From the NCBI GenBank assembly GCA_965648915.1, contig CBFGIV010000001.1:96001-160000 (forward strand): 64,000 nucleotides of DNA. Reading direction: 5' to 3'. The stretch's first letter is position 1. Each line of letters begins with the position of its first letter. Below the pieces are notes generated by a model, which did not search any database, was not told the DNA's origin, and saw only the letters and a list, made by a program, of their open reading frames with translations. The position numbers and the translations under genes were made by a program. This DNA is from a candidate division WOR-3 bacterium (GTDB lineage Bacteria; Hydrothermota; Tepidihabitantia; SM23-42; CAYGYG01). Positions 19,486 through 28,406 of this stretch are shown piece by piece.

Positions 19486-20616
19486 TTATAAGATAGATTT
19501 TATATCAATACAGGGAGAGTTTTCGGTAGCGAGATGGGGATGGGTAATTTTGCCTTTGAAGGTGCAGGTTCCTTTTTGTAATGCATAATTTTGTTTTAAT
19601 GCCTTCTCAATTCCAAGTGTAACAATAGACGTTATATAAGGCAATAAGTTATTTGTCAAGGCCTTGGTTGCGGTCCTTGCCACCCAGGCCGGGACATTGG
19701 GGACACAGAAATGGGTGACACCATCGACCTGGTAGATATAGTTCTCTTCCGGGGTTAATCTTGATGTTTCACTACAACCACCCTGGTCAATTGAAAAATC
19801 GATCAGGACTGACCCTTTCTTCATTGTCTTGACCATATCTTTGGTAACAAGGATTGGTGCCCGTTCACCGTGGATATAAGCACAGAGGATGAGGACATCG
19901 GCAAAACTGACAAGTTTTTCGAGATTGGTTCGATTGGAGTGGATAGTGGTGATCCGGCCCAGACAGAATTGGGAAATAAATTCGAGACGCTTGGGATTTC
20001 GATCCGCAATATAGACATTAGCCCCGAGCCCGGAGAATGCTTTGGCAGCATACATCCCGAGGGTTCCGCCGCCGATAATTACGATCTCGGCTGGAGGAAT
20101 ACCCGGAATGCCTCCGAGGAGAATACCAGTTCCCCATTTTGAAGTATTTTCCATCAACCGGCCGGCAATCTGAACCGCCATACTGCCCGCAATCTGGCTC
20201 ATCGGTTTCAATATGGGTAGTTCTAAATCTTCGGTTTCAATTACCTCATAACCGATAGTCGTGATCTTCTTATCGATAAGCATCTGAAAGAATTCCTTTG
20301 GGGCAACGGCTAAACTTAAGAATCCCATAAGTATCTGATTTTCTTTGAAAAAATCCCAGGTCTCCCTCTTCACCGGCCGGGCGATCTTGACAATCATATC
20401 AGCCCGGCGGAAGACTTCCTCTTTATTGTAAGCAATTCGGGCGCCGGCATTTATATAGTCGCGGTCGCTAAACCCGGCACCTTCACCCGCATTGGTTTCG
20501 ACAAAGACTTCTACGCCGAGGGCAGTTAATTCTTTGACCCCGGCAGGGGACAATCCAACTCTCTTTTCGACAATTCCTACATCCCAGATTATTTCCTTGG
20601 GAATTCCAACAATCAT
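19486..20616 (-). CDS. Alanine dehydrogenase/PNT family protein with non-canonical active site
   Basis: MIVGIPKE, EKRVGLSP, LKPMSQIAG, GILLGGIPG, IIGGGTLG, IDQGGCSET, CVPNVP; has VKIARP and FLSLA instead of VKVKEP and YLHLA. Confidence 0.85.
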   Translation of the reverse strand: MIVGIPKEIIWDVGIVEKRVGLSPAGVKELTALGVEVFVETNAGEGAGFSDRDYINAGARIAYNKEEVFRRADMIVKIARPVKRETWDFFKENQILMGFLSLAVAPKEFFQMLIDKKITTIGYEVIETEDLELPILKPMSQIAGSMAVQIAGRLMENTSKWGTGILLGGIPGIPPAEIVIIGGGTLGMYAAKAFSGLGANVYIADRNPKRLEFISQFCLGRITTIHSNRTNLEKLVSFADVLILCAYIHGERAPILVTKDMVKTMKKGSVLIDFSIDQGGCSETSRLTPEENYIYQVDGVTHFCVPNVPAWVARTATKALTNNLLPYITSIVTLGIEKALKQNYALQKGTCTFKGKITHPHLATENSPCIDIKSIL

Positions 20617-20657
20617 TTTTCACTCCTTTTGATCAAGATATCTTAGGAAAAATTGGG

Positions 20658-20705
20658 TAACAATAAATTGTTAGATAATGTTATCTAAATATAATGAAAA
20701 GTCAA
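20658..20705 (-). promoter_or_regulatory. Promoter of the ald-like operon with two overlapping palindromes (candidate operators)
   Basis: Minus strand TTGACT-N16-TAACAT; palindromes TAACAAT-aa-ATTGTTA (20658-20673) and TTAGATAA-tg-TTATCTAA (20671-20688). Confidence 0.55.
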
Positions 20706-20784
20706 GATGTATAAAAGGAGACATTTTTTACCTGTAAAAGTCAGAGCTGAGTAACCACTAAATTAGGTCAGGAAGATTTTTTTC

Positions 20785-20812
20785 TTGCCATTTTGCTTTT
20801 TTTATTTATAAT
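20785..20812 (+). promoter_or_regulatory. Sigma70-type promoter of asnA
   Basis: TTGCCA-N16-TATAAT. Confidence 0.6.
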
Positions 20813-20900
20813 CACTAACCTTTTAATGTTTGGTAGTCTCTTCCCGGAGAATTAAAAAAGTCATCTATTTTAAGCAGGTCACTATTTAAGGAGGTATTTA

Positions 20901-22037
20901 ATGGCAAATAAAGGCGACAAAAAGGCGGACCTGGCAGGGCCTGGTGTCAGCACCTATGAAGAGGTTGAAAAGATCCTGCCTACTGATTACAAAGCAATCC
21001 TGCCACCGCTCGAACGGATGAAGGCACTCTTTGCAATCAAAGAGTATATCGAGAAGAATCTCTGTAAGGAACTGAATCTGACAATGGTTCAGGTGCCTTT
21101 AATTGTTGATCGGGAAAGTGGTGTCAACGATATGTTAGACCGCGATGGTTCAAGAACGCCGGTTGAATTTCCCTGCGGTCTTGGACTCGATAAGCCGATT
21201 CAGGCTCAGATTGTTCAGGCAGCAACAAAATGGAAACGCCCAGCCCTAGCCCAGTTTGGTTGTAAGGTTGGAGAGGGTATCTGCACAGATATGCGTGCGG
21301 TGCGCAAGGACTACTTCTTAGACCATGACCACAGTTCTTATGTCGATCAATGGGACTGGGAGAAGGTGATAACGCCCGATCAGAGAAATTTAGCATTTCT
21401 TAAAGATACGGTTCGAAAAATCTGGAAGGTTATCCGCGGTGCGGGCAAGTATGCTCAGGAACTCTATCCCGAGCTCAAAACCAGCAAATATCCTGACTTT
21501 CCCGAAGAGTTGACTTTTCTCCATGCCGAGGATATCCTCGATATGTATCCGGATCTTCCCCGCAAACAACGCGAGACACTTATTCTCCAGAAATACCCAG
21601 CTATCTTCATCATCGGGATCGGCTGGCCATTAAAAGATGGTTATCCCCATGAGATGCGGGCAGCAGATTACGACGACTGGATTACTGATACATCAAAAGA
21701 GACCGGAAAACCGACCCACGGCTTAAATGGTGACATCTTGGTCTGGAACCCGGTGACCAGACGGAGACATGAATTAACATCAATGGGTATCAGAGTAACC
21801 AAAGAGACCTTGGTTAAACAACTCGAGATGGCAGGACAGTTGGAGAATCTTAAACTGCCTTATCATCAAAAGATTATGAATGATCAGATTCCGCTTTCGA
21901 TCGGTGGTGGTATCGGTCAGTCCCGGACCTATATGTATCTATTAAGAACCGCCCATCTTGGCGAAGTTAGTGTTACGGTCTGGCCCAAACAACTCAAGGA
22001 GATCTGCGCCAAGAAAAATATCTTTGTCTTAGAGTAA
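20901..22037 (+). CDS. asnA: Aspartate--ammonia ligase
   Basis: SD AAGGAGG; TKWKR, HSSYVDQWDWE, RAADYDDW, LNGDI, SMGIRV, SIGGGIGQSR. Confidence 0.95.
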   Translation: MANKGDKKADLAGPGVSTYEEVEKILPTDYKAILPPLERMKALFAIKEYIEKNLCKELNLTMVQVPLIVDRESGVNDMLDRDGSRTPVEFPCGLGLDKPIQAQIVQAATKWKRPALAQFGCKVGEGICTDMRAVRKDYFLDHDHSSYVDQWDWEKVITPDQRNLAFLKDTVRKIWKVIRGAGKYAQELYPELKTSKYPDFPEELTFLHAEDILDMYPDLPRKQRETLILQKYPAIFIIGIGWPLKDGYPHEMRAADYDDWITDTSKETGKPTHGLNGDILVWNPVTRRRHELTSMGIRVTKETLVKQLEMAGQLENLKLPYHQKIMNDQIPLSIGGGIGQSRTYMYLLRTAHLGEVSVTVWPKQLKEICAKKNIFVLE

Positions 22038-22051
22038 ATCTTCGCAAAGTT

Positions 22052-22076
22052 AAGGCGGGCGTCGCGCCCGCCTTTT
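22052..22076 (+). terminator. Rho-independent terminator of asnA
   Basis: AAGGCGGGCG-tcg-CGCCCGCCTT followed by TT. Confidence 0.85.
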
Positions 22077-22372
22077 GTTCGCTTGTTAACATTAACATCT
22101 TTCCTGGAGCAGACCCCGGGCAATAACTTTATTCTTTTTACTCTTACTGGTTGGTCGATGAATTTTAATCAATCAATTACCTGCCCGCTGGTTGACTGCA
22201 GCCCTATGGAGGCAGAGTAATGCATACAGTTGGCGATCTTGACCTGCCGCATAGTTTCTTCGGTTTTCGGTTAGTGGAATATTTATATGTGTTTGAAAAT
22301 CGAGGAGATAATTTTTATCAATAATTAGTTAGAGATTCTCTAAAGAGAGTTGACCGTAAGTCCGATTAAATC

Positions 22373-22412
22373 GCATTTTCGTATTTAGGCAATTGCCTAA
22401 ATAATGAAATGC
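22373..22412. repeat. 40-bp imperfect palindrome with a 22-bp perfect core
   Basis: GCATTTtcg-TATTTAGGCAATTGCCTAAATA-atgAAATGC. Confidence 0.75.
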
Positions 22413-22849
22413 CTGGTTGACATTACCCAAAAGACCAATTTGGGCAAGTCTTCACAATTTCCAAAACGATTCACCTGCTCGCTAATTCCATATGAGTTAA
22501 CTGGATAGATGCCTAAGAATTTAGAATTTAGAACCATAACTGTCTTGAAAAGGAGATTTTTCTCCGATTTTTTATGCTTGCTTTTTATCCCTTTTGTCTA
22601 TAATCTGGTTAATAGAACCTCTTCATATCTTTCGATGTGATTATACGCATATTTTTTTAAGGAAATCTATGGTCCTTTTCCAAATCAGGTGTTTGTTTGA
22701 AAGATATGATTTTTAGAGCGTTATCGTAAAATTGTGTCCAACTCATGTAAATACATTTTCGACTTTGAGCCTCTAAAACTAAGTATAAAGATGGCTGTTG
22801 ACAAAATTGATTTTTCATATATTTTTTTTCTTAAGAAGAAGAGTGAATT

Positions 22850-24292
22850 ATGAATAGGCCTAACCGAAACGGTGCTGATATAAAATTCTTAACCTTGAGG
22901 ATGCTATTGTTAACGATATTTTTGACTTCAGTTCTCTCTGCCCAGGATACTTTAATCCGCTGGGAAACACCAGTAAATTTGAGCAATGATACCGTCTTTA
23001 ACATTCACCCTTGGATTGAGGCTCAAGGGAATTATGTGCATGCAGTTTGGGTAGAAATGGATAAGAGAGTTCTTTATCGCTTTAGCACTGATTGGGGCAC
23101 AACCTGGAGTAATGTGCGACAACTTAATGATACCATTACCTCTTGTATCCTACCAAAATTATACATTAATAATAACTACGTTCATTGCATATGGATTCAG
23201 CGCTATTTAGGGGCAGATTCCCGCTTGCACTACCGAAGAAGTACGAATTATGGTTTGACATGGGATAGCGTTCTAACACTGTGGCAATATATGGGCCAAG
23301 ATAACGGGATTGCAGGTTGTGGTGATACCATCTTTGTTGTGGGTCGTTGCGGTATTGACACCTCGCTATCATTTAGAAAAAGCACCGACAACGGTATAAC
23401 CTGGTTACCTCGCCGGGTAGTAAATCGGCACATACCTCTTTACAGTGAGGGTTTGTGCTATGATTGTAATTCACTTCATTTGAGCTATACATTCCTCGAC
23501 TCTGTATACTACACCCGTAGCACTGATGGTGGGGAAACTTGGTCAATCCCTGCTGACATTACTGAGGATCCGAAAGCCTCGAAATGTTGTCACATTGCTG
23601 CTGATTCTGGGTATTTATTTCTACCCTGGCTTAGCTGTAAATACTCCGGTTCCATCTGGAATGATGTTCTTCTGCGTCGTTCAACCAATAACGGTTTATC
23701 ATGGCTACCGGAGCAACAGATCACTGACCATCATCTCGTAGATTATGATTATGATATAAGTGCGGAGTATAATGATGTCTATCTTATTTGGGACAAAATT
23801 TCTTCAGGATCAGAGCCCAGATCCATTCAGTTTCGTGCTTCGACAAATAAAGGTGACACCTGGTGGCCAATCGAAGATATATTTAGATGTCCATCTCAAT
23901 CTGTACTTGCTCTCGCGCCTTCAATAGCGGTCTCTTTTCCTGTATTACATGTAATTTGGGACCACCGTCGTTACGATACTTTTGATATCTACTATCTTCG
24001 TGGAACGAGACTGCCGGTTGAAGTAAAGGATGAAAAGGGATCGAGATTAAATCATATTTATTTAACAGTTTTCCCCAATCCGTTTACAAACAAGACTTAT
24101 ATCAAATCAATCCCTTACTCTAAAATAGCCATTTTCGATGCCTCAGGACGCATAGTAAAACACTTAAAAGGTGGGGAGACTATCTGGTGTGGGGAGAATG
24201 ACAAAGGCGAGATACTTTCCCCGGGTGTCTACTTTATTATTCCCGATGGGGGAAAAAAGTTAGTAAAAAAAGTCGTCTTTTTAGGGAGGTAA
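22850..24292 (+). CDS. Secreted BNR/Asp-box (sialidase-fold) beta-propeller protein with FlgD-Ig/T9SS-like C-terminal domain
   Basis: Signal peptide; six Asp-boxes (STDWGTTW, STNYGLTW, STDNGITW, STDGGETW, STNNGLSW, STNKGDTW); PNPF...GVYF...KKVVFLGR. Start may be further downstream. Confidence 0.85.
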   Translation: MNRPNRNGADIKFLTLRMLLLTIFLTSVLSAQDTLIRWETPVNLSNDTVFNIHPWIEAQGNYVHAVWVEMDKRVLYRFSTDWGTTWSNVRQLNDTITSCILPKLYINNNYVHCIWIQRYLGADSRLHYRRSTNYGLTWDSVLTLWQYMGQDNGIAGCGDTIFVVGRCGIDTSLSFRKSTDNGITWLPRRVVNRHIPLYSEGLCYDCNSLHLSYTFLDSVYYTRSTDGGETWSIPADITEDPKASKCCHIAADSGYLFLPWLSCKYSGSIWNDVLLRRSTNNGLSWLPEQQITDHHLVDYDYDISAEYNDVYLIWDKISSGSEPRSIQFRASTNKGDTWWPIEDIFRCPSQSVLALAPSIAVSFPVLHVIWDHRRYDTFDIYYLRGTRLPVEVKDEKGSRLNHIYLTVFPNPFTNKTYIKSIPYSKIAIFDASGRIVKHLKGGETIWCGENDKGEILSPGVYFIIPDGGKKLVKKVVFLGR

Positions 24293-24294
24293 AA

Positions 24295-27200
24295 ATGACC
24301 AAAGTGATAAAAACATCTATCATACTCTTGGCATCAGGTAGCGTCCTTATTGGTCAACCACAGATGCCATACTGGGACTTCTCAAATGGCCCATTTATGG
24401 CACGTAAAATCACTGACTTTTCAATCGGCTATACTCTTTCTAACACTCCGATTATCTATGCTGTAAATAAAGACACTGCATTGGCTAAGACAACAAACGA
24501 GGGTCTAAGTTGGGACATTCTCTCCAATGGTCCTTCGAGTCAGTATGTGAGATGTGTTGTTACCAATCGTGACAATCCTGATATTGTCTACAAAGGGGTC
24601 TCTGGATTTACAACAAACAATGGTGTTTTAAAGAGCACCAATGGAGGAGTAAGCTGGGTTACAAAGAATAATGGTCTACCCTCGAAATTGTATCCTTCAC
24701 GACTTGGCATGTTTCCAACGAGTCCAGATTATTTACTACTTGGAACAGATAGTCGTCAGCCAGGAACAGAATGCCTATTTAGAAGTACTGATGGTGGAAA
24801 TATCTGGACCTCTGTTAACCCAATTTATCCCGACATTCTTAGTGTGACGGACTTCTCGTTTAACTCTAATCTCATCAGCTGGGTGTGCCTTTCTGTAGAC
24901 TGGTCATCAGATCTTAATCACGCCTACCATGGCGTTTGGATAAGCACTGACTATGGTTTAACCTGGCGTCATATTGGAGGGCCGGACAATATGCCTTATT
25001 CAGAAGCCACTTGCGTGGCGATAGTTTCGGAAGATGTAATCTTTGCTGGATTCTATTCACAGATTGCACCCTTCAGGTTTCTTGGTGGTATATTAAGAAC
25101 AACCGATGCAGGCCAGACCTGGGAAATTAAGCACTCTTTCTATAATATTCCACCGACCGATATAGCTATTGATCCCAATAATCCTTTGACGGTTTATATG
25201 GCAGTTGGTAGTGAGATGCAATCCGATGTAGGAATGGGTGTCTTACGCAGCACCGATGGTGGAGAGACATGGTTTCCTTACAATAGTGGGCTCAGGGATC
25301 TATTTGTCCATTCCCTTGGAATAAACAGAAATAATCCTAATCGCCTGTATGCCGGGACGATGTCGGGTTTCTATTTAAGACCTGGTCCAGAGCCTGACAT
25401 GTGGGAAGAGCGAGTGAACACGCTGTTTAGAACAAGTGTTGGTTACATATTTCCAAGACAGCCAGCAGTTTTGACTTTTTCAGAAGATAATTGTATCTGG
25501 AACTATCAAGTTACTTTACAACACCCAGTTCAGCCTTGGTCAACAGTAAATACCTTCGGTTTTCGCACAAAAGCGGTTGATGCTCAAACAGGGAGTTCAC
25601 AGGCAATGTTGCGAGGTTGTCTGACCGCTTGGTATGATCCACCGGATTCTATAAAAAAGAGTATTGATGGTGGCTATAATTGGTACGGTGTATGGGGAGA
25701 TTACTTTATTAATACTATCAGTTATTCTCCAACTCATCCTGAACGCGTATATGCCGGCACCGGCTTTATTGAGACTACGGTTCCATTTTTATGGTATAGT
25801 TATGACGGCGGTGAAAATTGGGGAATGCGCATTCGGCCCTGGAATTTTGAAACAAATACGATTGCTATGCAGTATAATAATCCCGACTTTATATACCTTG
25901 GTGACGCAAGAGGCAATTACGGAGTATATTATAGCCCTGATGCTGGAAATAATGTTTATGCATTCAATGAAGGATTTCCGGTCGAGCCTCCACCAAAGCC
26001 GCCATATCCTAAGATAAGTAAGTTGACTATTGATCCTCAGAATAAATATATTTATGCAGCGACGAACATTGGACTTTGGCGCAGAGATGTCAGCAGTGGC
26101 ATACAGTGGATGCGTATTGGCGAAAGTGCGATTCAGCAAGATAGTATCGTCGATATAGATGTTTATCCGAGCGAAATAAACATACTGTATTGTGCAACGA
26201 AAGACTTGGATGGAATTGGTCATATTTATACAAGCCCAGATTACGGCTCAACCTGGCTTGAGACGCCTATATATTGGCCTCTACGCGGAATACTTGACCC
26301 CGGTGAGGTTTTTGATCTCGCATCTGTACCTAATATCCAGGATACTGTTTTTGGTGGCACAAGTAAAGGCGCCTATTATTATGTTGACAATTATATCTCA
26401 GGAACAATAACCGAGAATACGACTCTTGGCCCTGGTGATTATATAGTTACGGGGGATATTACGGTTCCTTCAGGCATAACCCTGACTATTCAACCCAATA
26501 CCAATCTTTATTTCACACCCGATTTTGATCGCACTGGTTCAGGGATTAATCCTGATAAATGTGAGTTGATTGTTCTGGGAACCTTAAATGCTGTCGCAAC
26601 TCAAACCGATTCAATTAGATTCTTATCACTTGCGTCTTTACCTCAAACTGGTGACTGGTATGGAATAAGGGCTGAGGCAAACAGTGATGTTGCTATCGCT
26701 TATGCAAGGATTCAGGATGCTTATGCCGGCATCGAATGCAAGACCGATAATTTCTCTCTTAACTATTGCACGATAACCAGGAATGAGGTTTATGGTTTAA
26801 GACTTGAAAATTGCAATCCATTTTTAATAGGCGGTAATAATTTAACGGCGAATAAGGTATATGGTATATTTGCGGTCAATTGTGGTTTAAATCTGACTGG
26901 CAATTACATCGAGCAGACCAGCGGTTATGGTATATACCTGAGAGGTCGTTCATCCTGTAACTTCTATGACGATCCTATGCCAAAGTGTAATTTAATAACC
27001 GGTTTAGATTGGCCTGATAACTATGGGCTTTACTGTTACGGTAGTGGAATTGGTGCAATCAATGACTATGGCCATTCCTATATTGAGCACTTTGGACAGG
27101 CCGGAATATGTTGTATGAAGTTCGCTTCGCCGACCATCAGAGATTTCTGGCACATCAGAGAAAATTACATCGGTTTATATTGTGTGAACGGATCGCGTCC

Positions 27201-27795
27201 GGTTATCCGGGGTCAGATATTACCCAATCACAATCGTTCTTTCTTTCAACTCAATGTCCATGCGGTCTGGGCTGAGGGTAATTCACTGCCTGATCTTGGA
27301 GTATATCCTGACTCGCCCGGTTATAATTCTATCATCGATAGTTACATATATCATGTCTTTTATGATGATTCACCCGGTCTTCCGCTTATGGCCGAGATGA
27401 ACTGGTGGGGATCAGATCCACCCGATCCGGAGAAATTTGTGGGCAATGTTGAGTACGACCCATGGCTTACCGGATCTGGAGGTGGGGGCGGTCAATCAGT
27501 TCTTATTTCAGAGTTTGTCCGGACCAAATTCTACAAAGGTCATCCCAATCCTTTTAAGACCAGGATAACATTCAGATATGATCTCGGCAAAAAAAGCAAA
27601 GTGGCAATAAAAATTTACAACAGCCTGGGCCGATTGGTTAAAAACCTCGATCTCAGTGGAAAAGAGAAAGGTCATTATCAAGTCACCTGGAATGGTTTAG
27701 ATGAGAATGGTTTACCGGTGCCGAGCGGTGTATACTTCGGCACTCTTGAGACCGAAACATTGCATCAGACCCAAAAGATAGTTCTTACTCGATAA
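24295..27795 (+). CDS. Large secreted BNR beta-propeller + right-handed beta-helix protein with FlgD-Ig/T9SS-like C-terminal domain
   Basis: SD GGGAGG; about 10 Asp-boxes; beta-helix repeats (YGIxL); NWWG..P; GSGGGGG linker; HPNPF...SGVYF...KIVLTR. Confidence 0.85.
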   Translation: MTKVIKTSIILLASGSVLIGQPQMPYWDFSNGPFMARKITDFSIGYTLSNTPIIYAVNKDTALAKTTNEGLSWDILSNGPSSQYVRCVVTNRDNPDIVYKGVSGFTTNNGVLKSTNGGVSWVTKNNGLPSKLYPSRLGMFPTSPDYLLLGTDSRQPGTECLFRSTDGGNIWTSVNPIYPDILSVTDFSFNSNLISWVCLSVDWSSDLNHAYHGVWISTDYGLTWRHIGGPDNMPYSEATCVAIVSEDVIFAGFYSQIAPFRFLGGILRTTDAGQTWEIKHSFYNIPPTDIAIDPNNPLTVYMAVGSEMQSDVGMGVLRSTDGGETWFPYNSGLRDLFVHSLGINRNNPNRLYAGTMSGFYLRPGPEPDMWEERVNTLFRTSVGYIFPRQPAVLTFSEDNCIWNYQVTLQHPVQPWSTVNTFGFRTKAVDAQTGSSQAMLRGCLTAWYDPPDSIKKSIDGGYNWYGVWGDYFINTISYSPTHPERVYAGTGFIETTVPFLWYSYDGGENWGMRIRPWNFETNTIAMQYNNPDFIYLGDARGNYGVYYSPDAGNNVYAFNEGFPVEPPPKPPYPKISKLTIDPQNKYIYAATNIGLWRRDVSSGIQWMRIGESAIQQDSIVDIDVYPSEINILYCATKDLDGIGHIYTSPDYGSTWLETPIYWPLRGILDPGEVFDLASVPNIQDTVFGGTSKGAYYYVDNYISGTITENTTLGPGDYIVTGDITVPSGITLTIQPNTNLYFTPDFDRTGSGINPDKCELIVLGTLNAVATQTDSIRFLSLASLPQTGDWYGIRAEANSDVAIAYARIQDAYAGIECKTDNFSLNYCTITRNEVYGLRLENCNPFLIGGNNLTANKVYGIFAVNCGLNLTGNYIEQTSGYGIYLRGRSSCNFYDDPMPKCNLITGLDWPDNYGLYCYGSGIGAINDYGHSYIEHFGQAGICCMKFASPTIRDFWHIRENYIGLYCVNGSRPVIRGQILPNHNRSFFQLNVHAVWAEGNSLPDLGVYPDSPGYNSIIDSYIYHVFYDDSPGLPLMAEMNWWGSDPPDPEKFVGNVEYDPWLTGSGGGGGQSVLISEFVRTKFYKGHPNPFKTRITFRYDLGKKSKVAIKIYNSLGRLVKNLDLSGKEKGHYQVTWNGLDENGLPVPSGVYFGTLETETLHQTQKIVLTR

Positions 27796-27806
27796 GGAGG
27801 TCAAAA

Positions 27807-28340
27807 ATGAGAAAAATCTTTATCATTTCTTTTGTCCTTATTTCTGTAATATTTGGTGACAACATAATCATCTCACCGAGTCGCTGTGTGCTTATTAAAC
27901 CGCAAACACCGGATAGCATAAATAACAATCGTATTCTTGTTCTCTTCGATCTTCCGTTAAATCTTGCGAACAAACGAATTGACTATGCTGAATTCTCTTT
28001 TCCCACATTCACAAGAACCGACTCAATGATAACGATTGAGGCCTATTCAATAACAAAAGAGTGGGATGTTAGCACTGTCTCCTGGAATTTTCCGTGGCAA
28101 AAGCCGGGTGGTGACTATGATAGTCTTGAAGCGGCAAGATATTTCCTGAGATTACAGGATACAAAAAGGGTAAAGTTAGATGTCACTGAGATAGTAAAGC
28201 AATGGTTTTCGACTAACAACTACGGCTTAATCTTAAAACGGCCAAAAAGAGAAGGTGGCTCATTCAAGACCGAGATAAGGGCTTTACGGAGTGTTCTATC
28301 TGACATTATATTGAAGGTCTATGTGCCAAGCCTAAAATAG
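27807..28340 (+). CDS. Exported DNRLRE/disaggregatase-like domain protein
   Basis: SD AAGGAGG; signal peptide; RILVLFDL, WDVSTVSWNFPWQKPGGDY, DVTEIVKQW, NYGLIL. Confidence 0.7.
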   Translation: MRKIFIISFVLISVIFGDNIIISPSRCVLIKPQTPDSINNNRILVLFDLPLNLANKRIDYAEFSFPTFTRTDSMITIEAYSITKEWDVSTVSWNFPWQKPGGDYDSLEAARYFLRLQDTKRVKLDVTEIVKQWFSTNNYGLILKRPKREGGSFKTEIRALRSVLSDIILKVYVPSLK

Positions 28341-28406
28341 CAGGATGTTCTCATGATTGTCAGGCAGAGATGGTTGCTAAAGATTAGATTACTTTTTTAG
28401 GATAGT

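Noticed and set aside
22373..22412. Palindrome as an integron attC site
   Set aside because: Lacks RYYYAAC/GTTRRRY ends and is too short; no integron integrase in the window.
22100..22560. Pseudogene or transposase remnant
   Set aside because: The minus-strand frames I translated by hand gave short segments with no motif I could recognise; left uncalled.
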